Notes: generated by a model from the sequence alone, not told the origin. A DNA stretch of 64,000 nt from Synechococcus sp. (GCA_047285805.1 JBJBCN010000002.1:1-64000); one strand, 5' to 3'. Shown: positions 51,833 through 62,834, counted from the first letter of the stretch. Made by a program: numbers and translations.

Positions 51833-52947
51833 CAGCGGGGTTGGCTGTAGCTGAAGCTGGCGTAGGAAAGCTGGTTGACCCGGTTCCAGGCCCAGATTTG
51901 ATCGCGGAAGTTCTGCCAGCCCCCGTAGATCGTTTTGAAGTCCTGGTTCGCCCGCGATGTGTCGGCGTAGAGCTGATCGCTGGCTGCGCGGGCCTCCTTC
52001 AAGATCGCCTCGTCGTAGGGCCGTAGTTGGGTCCCGCTGCTGATCAGCCGCTGCAGGGCTTCGCCGTTCAGGCTGTCGTAACGGCTCAGCATCGAGAGGT
52101 TCGCTTCGTAGCAGGCCGTGCTGAACATCGCCTGGTAGTCATCGGGGAGGCTGCGCCAGGCCCGTTGGTTGACCAGGGCCGCGAGGGTCGGTCCCGGTTC
52201 CCACCATCCCGGGTAGTAGTAGAAGCGGGCCGCCCGCGGCAGGCCGAGCTTCTCGTCGTCATAGGGGCCCGTCCATTCCGCGGCATCGATGGCACCGCGG
52301 TCGAGGGCAAGGTAGATCTCTCCGCCTGGGAGCACCTGGACATTGACGCCGAGGGAGGCCATGACCCTGCCCCCCAAGCCAGGGATGCGCATCTTCAAGC
52401 CCCGCAGCGACTGGAGACCCTCCAGTTGCCGCTTAAACCAGCCCCCCATTTGCGCCCCGGTGTTGCCCGCAGGGAAGCTGAGCACGCCGAAATCGGCGTA
52501 GAGACGGTTGATCGCTTCATTGCCGCCGCCCTCGTAGAGCCAAGCGTTTTGCTGCTGTGCCGTGAGGCCAAAGGGCACGGAGGTGCCGAAGGCCAGTGCG
52601 GGGTTCTTGCCGACGTAGTAGTAGCTGGATGTGTGGCCGCATTCGACTGAGCCGTTCTGGACGGCATCGAGCACCTCGAGGCCAGGCACCAGTTCACCGG
52701 CGGCGTAGGGCTCGATCTGGAAGTGGCCGTCGCTGAGTTCGGCGATCCGGCGGCTGATGGTCTGGGCGCCGCCAAAAATCGTCTCGAGGGAGTGTGGCCA
52801 GCTGGTGGCCATTCGCCAGCGGACCTGAGGCCGGGCGAATCCGGAGGCCTCACCGGCCTTGCGAATGCGGCAGGCCCCGAGAAGTCCGGCGCCACCTGCC
52901 GAGCCGGCCGCTGTGGCAGCAGCCCGGAGCAGGCCCCGCCGTTGCAT
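51832..52947 (-). CDS. TRAP substrate-binding protein (TakP-like, Tat signal)
   Basis: MQRRGLL, GNTGAQMGGWF and GLKMRIPG motifs. Confidence 0.93.
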   Translation of the reverse strand: MQRRGLLRAAATAAGSAGGAGLLGACRIRKAGEASGFARPQVRWRMATSWPHSLETIFGGAQTISRRIAELSDGHFQIEPYAAGELVPGLEVLDAVQNGSVECGHTSSYYYVGKNPALAFGTSVPFGLTAQQQNAWLYEGGGNEAINRLYADFGVLSFPAGNTGAQMGGWFKRQLEGLQSLRGLKMRIPGLGGRVMASLGVNVQVLPGGEIYLALDRGAIDAAEWTGPYDDEKLGLPRAARFYYYPGWWEPGPTLAALVNQRAWRSLPDDYQAMFSTACYEANLSMLSRYDSLNGEALQRLISSGTQLRPYDEAILKEARAASDQLYADTSRANQDFKTIYGGWQNFRDQIWAWNRVNQLSYASFSYSQPR

Positions 52948-52949
52948 GG

Positions 52950-54266
52950 TCAGGCCACCGCAGCGAAGCACTCGCGGAAGGCCGCGATGGTGGCGTCGAT
53001 GTCCTCGTCGGAGTGGGCCAGGGAGGTGAAGCCGGCCTCGAAAGCACTCGGTGCCAGGTAGATACCGCGTTCAAGCATGGCGCGATGGACCTTGCCAAAG
53101 CGCTCTGCATCGGCGGCCTTGGCCTCTTCGAAGTTGCGCACTGGGCCCTCGCAGAGGAAGAATCCGAACATGGCGCTGACCGAACCACCAGTAATGGGAA
53201 GGCCCGCCGCGCGGGCACCCTCCATTATTCCGTTGATCAGCCGGCTGGTGACTGCTTCAAGGCGCTCGTAGCTGCCGGGTTGCTTGAGCAGTTCTAGGGT
53301 CTTGATCCCGGCGGTCATCGCCAGGGGGTTTCCGCTCAGGGTGCCGGCCTGATACATCGGACCTGCGGGGGCAACCATGCTCATGATGTCGGCGCGGCCG
53401 CCGTAGGCACCCACCGGCAGGCCACCACCAATGACCTTGCCCATGGTGGTCAGGTCAGGGGTGACGCCAAACTTGGCCTGGGCTCCGCCGTAGCTGATGC
53501 GGAAGCCGGTCATCACTTCGTCGAAGACCAGTAGGGCGCCGTTCTCCTTAGTGAGCTCGCGGATGCCTTCGAGGAAGCCGGGCTCGGGGGTGATGAAGCC
53601 CGCGTTGCCTACGATCGGCTCGAGGATCACACCAGCGATTTCGCCGGGGTTCTCAGCGAAGAGCTGCTTGACCGCTTCCAGGTCGTTGTAAGGAGCGGTG
53701 AGGGTGCTGGCGGCCGTCGTGCGCGGCACGCCGGGGGAATCGGGCAGGCCCAGGGTGGCTACACCAGAGCCGGCCTTCACCAGGAACATGTCCGCGTGGC
53801 CGTGGTAGCAGCCTTCGAACTTGATGATCTTTTCGCGGCCGGTAAAGGCGCGCATGAGGCGCAGCACCGACATGCAGGCCTCGGTGCCGCTATTGACGAA
53901 GCGCACCATCTCCACGGAGGGGACCGCGTCGATCACCATCTCCGCCAGCTGGTTCTCCAGGGCGCAGGGGGCGCCGAAGCTGGTGCCCTTTTCCAAGGCG
54001 TCGTGCAGTGCGCCGATCACCTCAGGATGGGCGTGGCCGCAGATGGCCGGGCCCCAGCTGCCGATGTAATCGATATAGCGATTGCCGTCGACGTCCCAGG
54101 CGTAGGCCCCTTTCACGCGGTCGAACACGATCGGCTGGCCGCCTACCGAGCGGAAGGCGCGTACGGGTGAACTCACTCCGCCCGGCATCAGCTTCTGGGC
54201 GGCACTGAAGAGTTCCTGGGACAGGGTGGTGTTGTGCACAGGTGCCGAGACAGGAGCCGAGGTCAA
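52950..54266 (-). CDS. hemL: Glutamate-1-semialdehyde 2,1-aminomutase
   Basis: [20 protein letters not shown] and GKVIGGG motifs. Start uncertain. Confidence 0.98.
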   Translation of the reverse strand: MTSAPVSAPVHNTTLSQELFSAAQKLMPGGVSSPVRAFRSVGGQPIVFDRVKGAYAWDVDGNRYIDYIGSWGPAICGHAHPEVIGALHDALEKGTSFGAPCALENQLAEMVIDAVPSVEMVRFVNSGTEACMSVLRLMRAFTGREKIIKFEGCYHGHADMFLVKAGSGVATLGLPDSPGVPRTTAASTLTAPYNDLEAVKQLFAENPGEIAGVILEPIVGNAGFITPEPGFLEGIRELTKENGALLVFDEVMTGFRISYGGAQAKFGVTPDLTTMGKVIGGGLPVGAYGGRADIMSMVAPAGPMYQAGTLSGNPLAMTAGIKTLELLKQPGSYERLEAVTSRLINGIMEGARAAGLPITGGSVSAMFGFFLCEGPVRNFEEAKAADAERFGKVHRAMLERGIYLAPSAFEAGFTSLAHSDEDIDATIAAFRECFAAVA

Positions 54267-54381
54267 AACGGAATCCGCAGACTGAATTGGGGGCTCGAGA
54301 CCCCAAATAGGCCTTAAGCGTCGCCCATCCTTACTCAATCCCGGCCCCAGTGGTCGAGACCGTGCCAGCTCGTTAAGGTCG

Positions 54382-55875
54382 GTGGGTGTCCCGGCAATCG
54401 CCGTGAATCCAGACTGGGGCTTGGTTGAACGCCGATTGAGGGCACTGCTTCCTGCGCGCTCAGTCGTAGCCAAGCGTCAGGAGTTGCTGGCCTACGACTG
54501 CGATGGATTGACGCTGCATCGCCATCAACCTCCCCTGGTGGTCCTGCCGGAGACCACCGATGAGGTGGCCTCGGTGGTGCGTCTGTGCAATGAGCTTCAG
54601 GTTCCGTTTATCGCCCGGGGTAGTGGAACGGGTCTCTCCGGCGGCGCCTTGGCCGAGCAGCCCGCCCTGGTGATCGCCACCAGTCGCATGCGCCGAGTCA
54701 TCGCCATTGACTTACCCAATGAGCGCATCACGGTTGAGCCCGGGGTGATCAATAGCTGGGTCACCCGCGCGGTGGCGGGGGATGGCTTTTACTACGCGCC
54801 GGATCCTTCGAGCCAGGTGGCCTGCAGCATCGGCGGCAACGTCGCCGAGAACTCCGGGGGCGTGCACTGCCTGAAGTACGGCGTGACGAGCAACCACGTC
54901 CTCTCCATGGAGGTCGTTCTGCCCGATGGCAGCGTGACTACCTTGGGCTCGGGGATGGCGGAGACCCCCGAGCTGGACCTGCGCGGCGTCTTCATCGGCA
55001 GCGAGGGAACCCTGGGGATTGCGACGGCCATCACCCTCCGTCTGCTGCGTCAACCCGCCTGCGTGGCCGTGTTATTGGCGGACTTTGCCTCGATGGAGGC
55101 AGCTGGAGAGGCCGTGCGTCTGATCACCGCCGCTGGGGTGCTGCCGGCGGGCATGGAAATCATGGATCGGCGCTGCATCCATGCTGTTAACGATTTTTTT
55201 GGGGTCGATGAGTACCCCCGTGAGGCCGCGGCGGTGCTCCTGGTGGAGCTTGATGGACACCCCTTGGAGGTCGAGGAGTCGGTGCGGTTGGCGGCTGAGC
55301 TCTGCCGGGAGGCCGGAGCGGGCGGCGTTCGCGAGGCCTGGAGCGAGGAGGAGCGGGATCGGCTTTGGAAGGGCCGCAAGAGTGCGATCTCAGCCCTGGG
55401 CCGTCAATTTCCTAACTACTACCTCCAGGACGGAGTGGTTCCACGCACGGCTCTGCCCTGGGTCTTGGCCGCGATTGAGCGTCTGAGTGAGGAGCAAGGC
55501 TTGGCGGTGGCCAACGTCTTCCATGCCGGTGACGGCAACCTCCACCCCTTGATCCTTTACCGCTCGGATGAACCGGGGGTGAACGAGCGGGTGACCGCCC
55601 TTGGGGCGGCCATCTTGAAGCTCTGCCTGGATGCCGGCGGCAGCATCAGCGGTGAACATGGGGTTGGCAGCGACAAGCGTTGCTACATGGACTGGATGTT
55701 CAGCCCGGACGACCTCGAGACGATGCAACTGGTGCGCCGGGCCTTCGATCCCGATGGTCTGGCGAACCCCGGAAAAATCTTCCCCACCCCCAAGACCTGC
55801 GGCGAATCGGCTCGCCGCTGGGTCGAGCTGAAGGAGGAAGGCCGCAAGCTCCCCGAAGGAGTCGAGCTCTATTAG
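54382..55875 (+). CDS. glcD: Glycolate oxidase subunit GlcD-like FAD oxidase
   Basis: [22 protein letters not shown] and NPGK motifs. Confidence 0.9.
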   Translation: MGVPAIAVNPDWGLVERRLRALLPARSVVAKRQELLAYDCDGLTLHRHQPPLVVLPETTDEVASVVRLCNELQVPFIARGSGTGLSGGALAEQPALVIATSRMRRVIAIDLPNERITVEPGVINSWVTRAVAGDGFYYAPDPSSQVACSIGGNVAENSGGVHCLKYGVTSNHVLSMEVVLPDGSVTTLGSGMAETPELDLRGVFIGSEGTLGIATAITLRLLRQPACVAVLLADFASMEAAGEAVRLITAAGVLPAGMEIMDRRCIHAVNDFFGVDEYPREAAAVLLVELDGHPLEVEESVRLAAELCREAGAGGVREAWSEEERDRLWKGRKSAISALGRQFPNYYLQDGVVPRTALPWVLAAIERLSEEQGLAVANVFHAGDGNLHPLILYRSDEPGVNERVTALGAAILKLCLDAGGSISGEHGVGSDKRCYMDWMFSPDDLETMQLVRRAFDPDGLANPGKIFPTPKTCGESARRWVELKEEGRKLPEGVELY

Positions 55876-56687
55876 GGCCAGCTCTCGTCCTCCTCTTCTG
55901 GCGGCCAGGCCAGGTTGACGACGACGGGGGCATGGTCACTGGGCTGGACGTTGCCTCGGGGTTGTTTGTCGATGACGCAGCCGGTGGCGCAACCCAGCAG
56001 CTCCTCAGACAAATAGATGTGGTCGATCCGCCAGCCCAGGTCCCGGTCCCAGGCGCCGCTGCGGTAATCCCACCAGCTCCAATGGCCGTTTCCCGGCTCG
56101 AAGACCCGGAAGATGTCCGTCAGCCGATCGCCCAGGGCGCCGCGTAGGGCGGTGCGCTCGGGCTCGCTGGCCATGATCGTTCCATTCAGGCGTTCCGGAT
56201 TCGGAAGATCCCGGTCCTCCAGTCCGATGTTGAAGTCTCCAACCATGCAAAGCGGATCGCCTTGCTCCTCCTGGACGGTGAGATAGCGCTGCAAGCAGCT
56301 CAACCACTCCAGCTTGTAAGGGTATTTCTCGCTCTTTAGGGAGCTGCCATTGGGGACGTAGAGGTTCAGGATCCGCACCCCATCCAGTAGGCCGCTGATC
56401 ACCCGTTTTTGTTCACTCAGCTGCGCTGCGTCAGGCAGAAGCGCTTCAAAACCCACTTGAACGTCCTCAAGGGGTTCACGGCTAATCAGTGCGACGCCGT
56501 TGTAGGCCTTCTGTCCACTGATCGCGCAGTAGTAACCGATCTGTTCAAAGGCCTTCAGCGGGAAGAGGTCATCGCTGACCTTGGTTTCCTGGAGGCAGAG
56601 CACATCCGGTTGATGGGCCTGCAGCCAAGCCAGCACCTGCTCCAGGCGGGTCCGCACCGAATTGACGTTCCAGCTGGCGATGCGCAT
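55872..56687 (-). CDS. xth: Exodeoxyribonuclease III
   Basis: SWNVNS, LQETK, GDFN and SDH motifs. Confidence 0.96.
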   Translation of the reverse strand: MRIASWNVNSVRTRLEQVLAWLQAHQPDVLCLQETKVSDDLFPLKAFEQIGYYCAISGQKAYNGVALISREPLEDVQVGFEALLPDAAQLSEQKRVISGLLDGVRILNLYVPNGSSLKSEKYPYKLEWLSCLQRYLTVQEEQGDPLCMVGDFNIGLEDRDLPNPERLNGTIMASEPERTALRGALGDRLTDIFRVFEPGNGHWSWWDYRSGAWDRDLGWRIDHIYLSEELLGCATGCVIDKQPRGNVQPSDHAPVVVNLAWPPEEEDESWP

Positions 56688-56743
56688 CGGCGGGAGTTTG
56701 GTCTGGGGCTGCTCCTAGCATTCCGAGGTTCGACGGATGTGCC

Positions 56744-57067
56744 ATGCCTCGGGGACTTGCTAGCGGCTTCACCGCGTCCTTGATCGCTGCAGCGGCAGTG
56801 GTGTCCCCGGTGGCTCGCGCTCAGACCACCAACACCAGTCTTGCCCCTGAAACCAGCGTCTTTGACCAGGGGCCCGGTGGAACGAGCCGCCAAGGGGGAT
56901 CGCTGCTGGACAGCACGAACCCGATCGACTTGATGAATAAGTTGCGCCGCAGCGCGGCGATGGATGACGCGACCGATCCGGGCGATGCCATCGACGCGGC
57001 CCTGCGCCAGCTGGATTCGCAGTCGGCGGCTTCTAGCCCTGCTTCACCTTTGGTGACGGCTCCTTAG
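56744..57067 (+). CDS. Hypothetical secreted protein
   Basis: Signal peptide ending ARA and an NPIDLMN motif. Confidence 0.7.
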   Translation: MPRGLASGFTASLIAAAAVVSPVARAQTTNTSLAPETSVFDQGPGGTSRQGGSLLDSTNPIDLMNKLRRSAAMDDATDPGDAIDAALRQLDSQSAASSPASPLVTAP

Positions 57068-57866
57068 CCGGCGGCTTCTTGGTCTCGCGGAGAATCTGCA
57101 GTTCCCAGCTGGCGGCGACACTATCCAGACGCGGGTCCTTCTTCTCGGGTTGCCTGGCCTGGGCTTGGGCGAGGGCTTGAGAGGCCCCGGGCAGGTCCCC
57201 CTCGTCTTGCTTCAACAAGGCAATGGCCAATAGGGGCTTGGGGTCCCGCGGGAAGTCCTTGGCCAGTTGGTCATAGAGGGCCAGGGCGTCTGCCGATTTG
57301 CCTTGGCGTTGGCGGAGATCGCCCAAGAGCAGGCCGATCCCCAACTTTTGCGGCTGGGGAGTCGGGTTGCTGTTGGCCTCCAAAAGGGTCTTGAGCTGGG
57401 CTTCAGCCTCGGCCCCTCGACCCTGCTCCAGTTGCAGCAGGGTCAGTAATTGCAGGGCCTCGATTTGATCGGGCTTGAGGTTCAGGATCAGGCGCAACTC
57501 CCGCTCGGCCCCGGTGCGGTCGTTGTTGTTCCGGCGCAACTCGGCCAGGAGCAGACGCAGTTGCCAGTTCTGGGACTGTTGATCTGCCAGGCGCTCCAGC
57601 ACCAGGCTGGCCTCCTGGAATTGGCCCTGTTGGATCAGCAGGTCAACGAGCCGCTGTTGATCGGTCGCGCTCGCCGATCCGTCCCCAAGCCGGGCCTGAA
57701 GCAGGGCGACTTGACGCTCGCTGCTGCCCCCGGAGCTCCCTTGGGCCTTGATGGCTTGGTGCTGACCGAGCAGCCAGCCACCGATGATGGAGACGGTCAC
57801 CAACGCCGAGGCGACCAGAGCGGTCAGCACGCCATCGCGCTGGTTGTGGCGGCCTCGTGCCTGCAT
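57033..57866 (-). CDS. Membrane-anchored TPR protein
   Basis: N-terminal TM segment followed by helical repeats. Confidence 0.75.
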   Translation of the reverse strand: MQARGRHNQRDGVLTALVASALVTVSIIGGWLLGQHQAIKAQGSSGGSSERQVALLQARLGDGSASATDQQRLVDLLIQQGQFQEASLVLERLADQQSQNWQLRLLLAELRRNNNDRTGAERELRLILNLKPDQIEALQLLTLLQLEQGRGAEAEAQLKTLLEANSNPTPQPQKLGIGLLLGDLRQRQGKSADALALYDQLAKDFPRDPKPLLAIALLKQDEGDLPGASQALAQAQARQPEKKDPRLDSVAASWELQILRETKKPPAKEPSPKVKQG

Positions 57867-57968
57867 CGAGGGAGCTGCAAGTCGGGCTAAGTCTGGGGCC
57901 TTTCTGCAAGCTCGGTACATTGTCTGCGGGCGATGGATTTCGCGAGCGCCCAGAGGGTTTCAGCCACG

Positions 57969-58574
57969 ATGCGTCAACACCCCATTTCCCCGGTCACAGA
58001 GCCGATGCAGTACCGCGCCATAGGCGTGGTGCGGGGGACTTACGAGCCTGCTGATCCGGATCAGCTCACCCGTGGAGTGATTCAGACCGAGGACGGCTCC
58101 GAGATTGATGCTGTTGTGCTCGGTCGCGTGCTGACGTTGATGCGTCGTCACCTCGACCTCAGCAAGCCCCACCTCTGGGTCGCCTACCCCCGATTCCGCG
58201 ATCCCGATCAGCTGCACCTGCAGCTCGTGGGTGTGTGGGAACCCAGCACCCTCTCCCCCGATGAAGGCGATGGGGACGATCTGCCCGAAGGCGACGGTTA
58301 CTTCTCCGTGCGCGGTGAGCTGATCTATACGCGCCCTGACGATGGTGACCTGGTGGTCAAGATTCGCCAGCAGCCCCGCCCCGACGGGCGTCGCCCGACC
58401 CCGTTCAAGCTGCAGCTGAAGGGCCAGGTTGATCCGGCCCATCTGCGTCACTTCGTCTCCCTGGACTTGCGCCGTAACGGGCAAACCCTGCAGGTCGAGA
58501 ACCACGAGGTGATTGCTCCAGTGCCCCAACGGGCTGGCCGGGGTCGCGGTGGTGCCCGCGGCGGCCGCCGCTAG
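57969..58574 (+). CDS. Conserved cyanobacterial hypothetical protein
   Basis: QYRAIG, HLWVAYPR and GVWEP motifs. Confidence 0.8.
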   Translation: MRQHPISPVTEPMQYRAIGVVRGTYEPADPDQLTRGVIQTEDGSEIDAVVLGRVLTLMRRHLDLSKPHLWVAYPRFRDPDQLHLQLVGVWEPSTLSPDEGDGDDLPEGDGYFSVRGELIYTRPDDGDLVVKIRQQPRPDGRRPTPFKLQLKGQVDPAHLRHFVSLDLRRNGQTLQVENHEVIAPVPQRAGRGRGGARGGRR

Positions 58575-58589
58575 GAACGGGATGGGGCC

Positions 58590-59252
58590 ATGACTTTGCC
58601 GCCTCTGTTGCGACTGGCGAGCTCCGATCAAGGCTCAACGGCCGCCCTGCGGGCCGGGGTTGCTGTTGCAGGGGTCAGTGTGGTGTCGGTGGTGGGCCCC
58701 GTGCTAGGCCTCTCTCCTTGGCTGATTGCCACTGCGGTGGGTGGGGGGCTGACGGCCCTCACCGTGGATGCGGCCCGCTTTGGCGGCCTGGGGGGCCATC
58801 TCTTGGCGGAATCGCTTCCCTTTGGTTTGGGCCGTGCACGGCTGCGCCGCATCGCGTTCCATGAGGCTGGTCACCTGCTGTTGGCAGCCGAGAACCAGCT
58901 ACCGGTTAAGCAGGTCCTCGTGGGCAGCCGGGCTTGTTTTCGCCATGGTTTGCGGGTGAATGGCTGCACCGAGTTGGAGCCCCCCACGCAGTTGAAGATG
59001 CCGCTGGAGGACCTGCGCCGTTGGAGCCGGGTGCTGCTGGCCGGGATGGTGGCCGAGACCGTGGAATACGGCGGCTCCTGTGGTGGCGCCGATGACCGGG
59101 CGCTGCTGGGGCGGCTTTGGGGTCTCTCCGGCCACGACGTGACGACAGCCCAAAACGAACAACGCCGGGCCCGCCGCGAGGTGCAGCAGTGGCTGGAGCA
59201 GCACCGTGAGCAGCTGCAGGCCAGTGCGGAGCAGCTTCTCCAGGAGGCCTGA
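58590..59252 (+). CDS. M41-like HExxH membrane protein
   Basis: RIAFHEAGH and LAGMVAE motifs. Confidence 0.75.
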   Translation: MTLPPLLRLASSDQGSTAALRAGVAVAGVSVVSVVGPVLGLSPWLIATAVGGGLTALTVDAARFGGLGGHLLAESLPFGLGRARLRRIAFHEAGHLLLAAENQLPVKQVLVGSRACFRHGLRVNGCTELEPPTQLKMPLEDLRRWSRVLLAGMVAETVEYGGSCGGADDRALLGRLWGLSGHDVTTAQNEQRRARREVQQWLEQHREQLQASAEQLLQEA

Positions 59253-60451
59253 TGGGAGCGCTGGCGGTCGTCGATTGCCCGACGGGATTGGCCGGCAACA
59301 TGCTGCTCGCGGCACTTTTTGACTGCGGTCTACCGGAAGAGGTGGTCCACGAACCCCTGGCAGCCCTGGGCTTGGGCGGCCTCTATCGCTTGCAGCTAGA
59401 GGAGCGGCGCAGCGCGGGTCTGCGAGGGCTGCACCTGGAAGTGGAACCGCTCGAACAGCAGCCGCCCCACCGCCACTGGGCCAGCCTGCGCGATCAAATC
59501 CAGACCGCCGAGCTGGATCCGGCGTTGCTGCGGATGGTCTTGAGGGTGTTTGGCGTCCTGGCGGAGGCTGAGGCCGCCGTTCATGGGTCGGCGCCGGAGC
59601 AGGTGCACTTCCACGAGGTGGGCGCCCTAGATGCGCTGGTGGATGTGATCGGGGTCTGTGCCGGCCTGCAGCACTTCGGCGTGGAGCGCCTGATCTGCAG
59701 TCCGCCGCCCGCGGGCCACGGCCAGGTGACGACGGCCCACGGCCTCTTGTCGGTTCCCGTGCCTGCTGTGCTGGAGCTCGCCACACGCCATGGGGTTCCC
59801 TTGGCGAGCAGCGCTGGCTTTCCCCCGGCTGAACTGACGACCCCCACCGGTTTGGCCTTGATGGTGGCTTTGGCGGAGGGCTTCGACGCGGCACCGGCCC
59901 TGACCCCCAGCCGTTTGGGCATTGGCTTGGGGACGCGGGAGTTGGATCGCCCGAATCAGCTGCGCCTGCTCTTGGCTGAAGCGGAGGTCGCCCCCGGCGT
60001 AGGGCCCGCATTGCAGACGTTGGTCCAGCAGCAGGCCCAGATCGACGACGCCACTGCGGAGGATCTGGCGTTTCTTCAGGAGTCTCTGCGGGGGGCGGGG
60101 GCCTTGGAGGTCTTTGCCCAGCCGGTGCTGATGAAGAAAGGGCGTGCCGGCAGCTTGATCACGGCTCTGGCTTGGCCCGAGCAGGCCGAAGCCCTGCGGG
60201 CGATCTGGTGGCGCTTCGGCAGCAGCCTGGGGGTGCGGGAAGAGCTGCAGCAGCGCTGGACCCTGCCCCGCCAGATCGAGGAGCATCAGACCCCCTGGGG
60301 GCCGGTGCGCTTCAAGACGTCGACACGGCCGGATGGCAGCGTGCGGCGCAAGCCGGAGTTTGAGGACCTGGTGCGGTTGGCCGAGGAGCGGCAGCTGCCC
60401 CTCGATCAGCTGCGCCAGGCCCTGCTGCAGTGGCGGGAGGAGCAGCGGTGA
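59252..60451 (+). CDS. larC: Nickel insertase LarC
   Basis: DC..G.AGNM, VHFHEVG, ELTTPTG, MKKGR and KPEFED motifs. Confidence 0.93.
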   Translation: MGALAVVDCPTGLAGNMLLAALFDCGLPEEVVHEPLAALGLGGLYRLQLEERRSAGLRGLHLEVEPLEQQPPHRHWASLRDQIQTAELDPALLRMVLRVFGVLAEAEAAVHGSAPEQVHFHEVGALDALVDVIGVCAGLQHFGVERLICSPPPAGHGQVTTAHGLLSVPVPAVLELATRHGVPLASSAGFPPAELTTPTGLALMVALAEGFDAAPALTPSRLGIGLGTRELDRPNQLRLLLAEAEVAPGVGPALQTLVQQQAQIDDATAEDLAFLQESLRGAGALEVFAQPVLMKKGRAGSLITALAWPEQAEALRAIWWRFGSSLGVREELQQRWTLPRQIEEHQTPWGPVRFKTSTRPDGSVRRKPEFEDLVRLAEERQLPLDQLRQALLQWREEQR

Positions 60452-61386
60452 TCGAGCGGCTCAGACGCGTCGCGCTGCCCGGGGGCGCCCGGCTGTGGTT
60501 GACCGCCGCCAGTGTTGCCTTTGTGGTCTCTGCGGTGGTGTCCCACGGCAGTCAGTTGCTGCAGTTGAGCCTGGATCGTCAGTCGTGGCTCTGGCTGGCC
60601 TTGGGCTTGGGTCTGAGTGCCTTGAGCCTGGTGGTCAATGGCCTGGCCTGGGGGGTGGTGCTGCGCTGGCTGGGGGCGATGCCCCGCTGGACGCCCGTGG
60701 TGTTGCTCTTTCTGGAGTCCAACCTGCGCAAGTACCTGCCTGGTGGGGTCTGGCACCTGCTGGCTCGGCTGCGGGCCCTGCGCGCGGGGGGACCCTGCCG
60801 GCAACCGCTGAGTGGGCGCCAGGCCCTTGGGGCGGTGCTGCTCGATCCGTTGTTGATGGCCGTGGCGGCCTTGGCGTTGGTGGCCCTGGGGGGTGGTGTC
60901 TCCTTGCTGGCCTTGCTGCCCCTGTTGGCCTTACTGCCCCGTTGGCTGAACCCGCTGCTGGAGGGTTTGGAGCGTCGCCGCGCGAAGGCCCTCGAGGTGG
61001 ATCCCTCGGACCTGCGTTCGGGAAGCCTGCGCCTTCCGGGCTATCCCTGGGTCCCCCTGGCGGCGGAGCTGGTCTTTGTCCTGTGCCGCTTTGCCGGGTT
61101 TGCCTGCTGCGTTCAAGCCTTTGATCTGGCTTTCCAGCTGGATTGGCTCGGCTGGTTGTCGGGTTTTGCCCTGGCCTGGACCGCCGGCTTAGTCGTGCCG
61201 GCGGCCCCTGGCGGCTTGGGGGTGTTTGAAGCGGTCTTGGTTCTGCGTCTGGCCGCCGCCGTTCCCGAGGCTCCGCTGCTGGCCGTCGCCTTGAGCTATC
61301 GACTTGTGGTGTCTTTGGCGGATCTGCTGATGGCGGCCACCGCCCGCCGGGACCTGGCGGCGCTTCGCAACAGTGGGTATTGTTGA
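60448..61386 (+). CDS. Lysylphosphatidylglycerol-synthase TM/flippase-like protein
   Basis: KYLPG, APGGLGVFE and YR motifs. Confidence 0.8.
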   Translation: MIERLRRVALPGGARLWLTAASVAFVVSAVVSHGSQLLQLSLDRQSWLWLALGLGLSALSLVVNGLAWGVVLRWLGAMPRWTPVVLLFLESNLRKYLPGGVWHLLARLRALRAGGPCRQPLSGRQALGAVLLDPLLMAVAALALVALGGGVSLLALLPLLALLPRWLNPLLEGLERRRAKALEVDPSDLRSGSLRLPGYPWVPLAAELVFVLCRFAGFACCVQAFDLAFQLDWLGWLSGFALAWTAGLVVPAAPGGLGVFEAVLVLRLAAAVPEAPLLAVALSYRLVVSLADLLMAATARRDLAALRNSGYC

Positions 61387-61407
61387 GAAGTGCCCTGAGG
61401 GAACGTC

Positions 61408-61881
61408 GTGCCTGCTGGTCCTGTCTCCCCGGTGCAGGCCGATGCGTTGCGCAGCTCCCTGCATGATCGCGGCCAGCGTCTGACGCCCCAGCGCCAACGG
61501 GTCTTGGCCCTGTTCGAGCGCCTCGGCGAGGGCAGTCACCTGAGCGCTGAGGAGGTGCATCAGCGCCTGCTCAAGGCCGATGAACGGGTCTCCCTGGCCA
61601 CGGTGTATCGGACGCTGCGGCTCCTGAGTTCGATGGAGCTGCTCTGTGAACTCGAGCTGCCAGAAGGCGGGCGCCGCTTTGAGTTGGCCAGTGATGAGGC
61701 CCACCGGGACCATCACCACCTGGTCTGTGCGCGCTGCGGCCACACCGAAGAATTTGAGAGCGAAGCCGTGCTGCGGGCCGGCGGCGAGGCGGCGGCGCAG
61801 CACGGCTTCCAGTTGCTCAATTGTGTCTTGAACGTTCGGGCGCTCTGCCCGAGCTGCGCCCAGCAGGACGCCGAGGGCTAA
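61408..61881 (+). CDS. fur: Fur-family transcriptional regulator
   Basis: RLTPQR, ATVYRTL, HHHLVCARC and CPSC motifs. Confidence 0.93.
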   Translation: MPAGPVSPVQADALRSSLHDRGQRLTPQRQRVLALFERLGEGSHLSAEEVHQRLLKADERVSLATVYRTLRLLSSMELLCELELPEGGRRFELASDEAHRDHHHLVCARCGHTEEFESEAVLRAGGEAAAQHGFQLLNCVLNVRALCPSCAQQDAEG

Positions 61882-62022
61882 TCAGCGGCGGTTGACGCGA
61901 ACGGGGACGAGGGCCGGCTGCATCAAGCCGCCGCCACCGTTGTCGTCGTCGGAATCGGTGCCGAGCCAGTAGATCAGGCCAACGAGCCCGAAAACCGTCG
62001 TGAGTGCAACGAACTCGGCCAT
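61882..62022 (-). CDS. Small membrane protein (46 aa, not in ORF track)
   Basis: MAEFVALTTVFGLVGLIYWLGTDSDDDNGGGGLMQPALVPVRVNRR. Confidence 0.65.
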   Translation of the reverse strand: MAEFVALTTVFGLVGLIYWLGTDSDDDNGGGGLMQPALVPVRVNRR

Positions 62023-62087
62023 CCAGGGGATGCGGTTCGACACACCATAACGGCGTTTTTCGCTTCTGCTGTCGCGGTTGCTGCAGC

Positions 62088-62663
62088 TCAGAGGGGAGCG
62101 AGGGCGAGCAGGCCGCCGGCCAGCGCCAGCAGAGCGGCCCCGAAGGAAGCGCCGCCGCGCTCAAGCCTTTGGCTCAGCCAGGCGCTGGCGCCGACGACGG
62201 CGACCGAGCCCAGCAGTGCACCAGCCCACCAGAAGGAGCTGCCGCTGGACTCCAGGCCGTGGAGCAGGGCGTGGACCGAAACACCGCCGGCCACGGTCAG
62301 GGCCAGGATCTGACGGCTGCAGAGACCGCGCAGCACCAGAACCAATACGGCGGCCACGGCGGAGAGCGCCAGGGCTGCCAGCACTTCGGCTCCAGGCAGT
62401 TGACCGCCGAAGCTGCCGAAGACCGAGCCGATCAGCGCTCCGGCCAGGGCGTAACCCAGGATTTGGCGGCCTGCCTGGGCGGCGCAGAGGCCAATGGCCA
62501 CCAGCATCAGCAGGTGGTCCAGACCCAGCAGCGGGTGCAGGGCGCCATCGATGACTCCGTGCTCGGCGCCGCCATGGGCGCCGGCGGGCAGCAACGACAG
62601 CAGGCTCAGGCTGAGACCGGCGGCGGCGCTGCTCAGCAGTGATCTGGTCAGTTTGGAGGTCAT
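62088..62663 (-). CDS. hupE: HupE/UreJ family Ni/Co transporter
   Basis: Signal peptide ending AGAH, HPLLGLDHLL and HALLHG motifs. Confidence 0.92.
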   Translation of the reverse strand: MTSKLTRSLLSSAAAGLSLSLLSLLPAGAHGGAEHGVIDGALHPLLGLDHLLMLVAIGLCAAQAGRQILGYALAGALIGSVFGSFGGQLPGAEVLAALALSAVAAVLVLVLRGLCSRQILALTVAGGVSVHALLHGLESSGSSFWWAGALLGSVAVVGASAWLSQRLERGGASFGAALLALAGGLLALAPL

Positions 62664-62704
62664 GGCAGATCCGGTCCGCGCCGGTACTGAAGGGGAAGGA
62701 CGGA

Positions 62705-62822
62705 GGGCGGCGAGCGTTCTAACTGGGGAGCGGCGCGCTCCCATCACAGCTGCGGGACAGTGCCGGATTCGCGCCGGACTTTCCTCGTTGCCTTCCTGGG
62801 CTGAATCCAGGAAACCGCTGCT
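62705..62822 (-). promoter_or_regulatory. Cobalamin riboswitch
   Basis: Minus strand GGTTTCC...GAGGAAAGTCCGGCGCGAATCCGGCACTGTCCCGCAGCTGTGA...AGTTAGAACGCTCGCC upstream of hupE. Confidence 0.9.
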
Positions 62823-62834
62823 TGGATTATGGCT

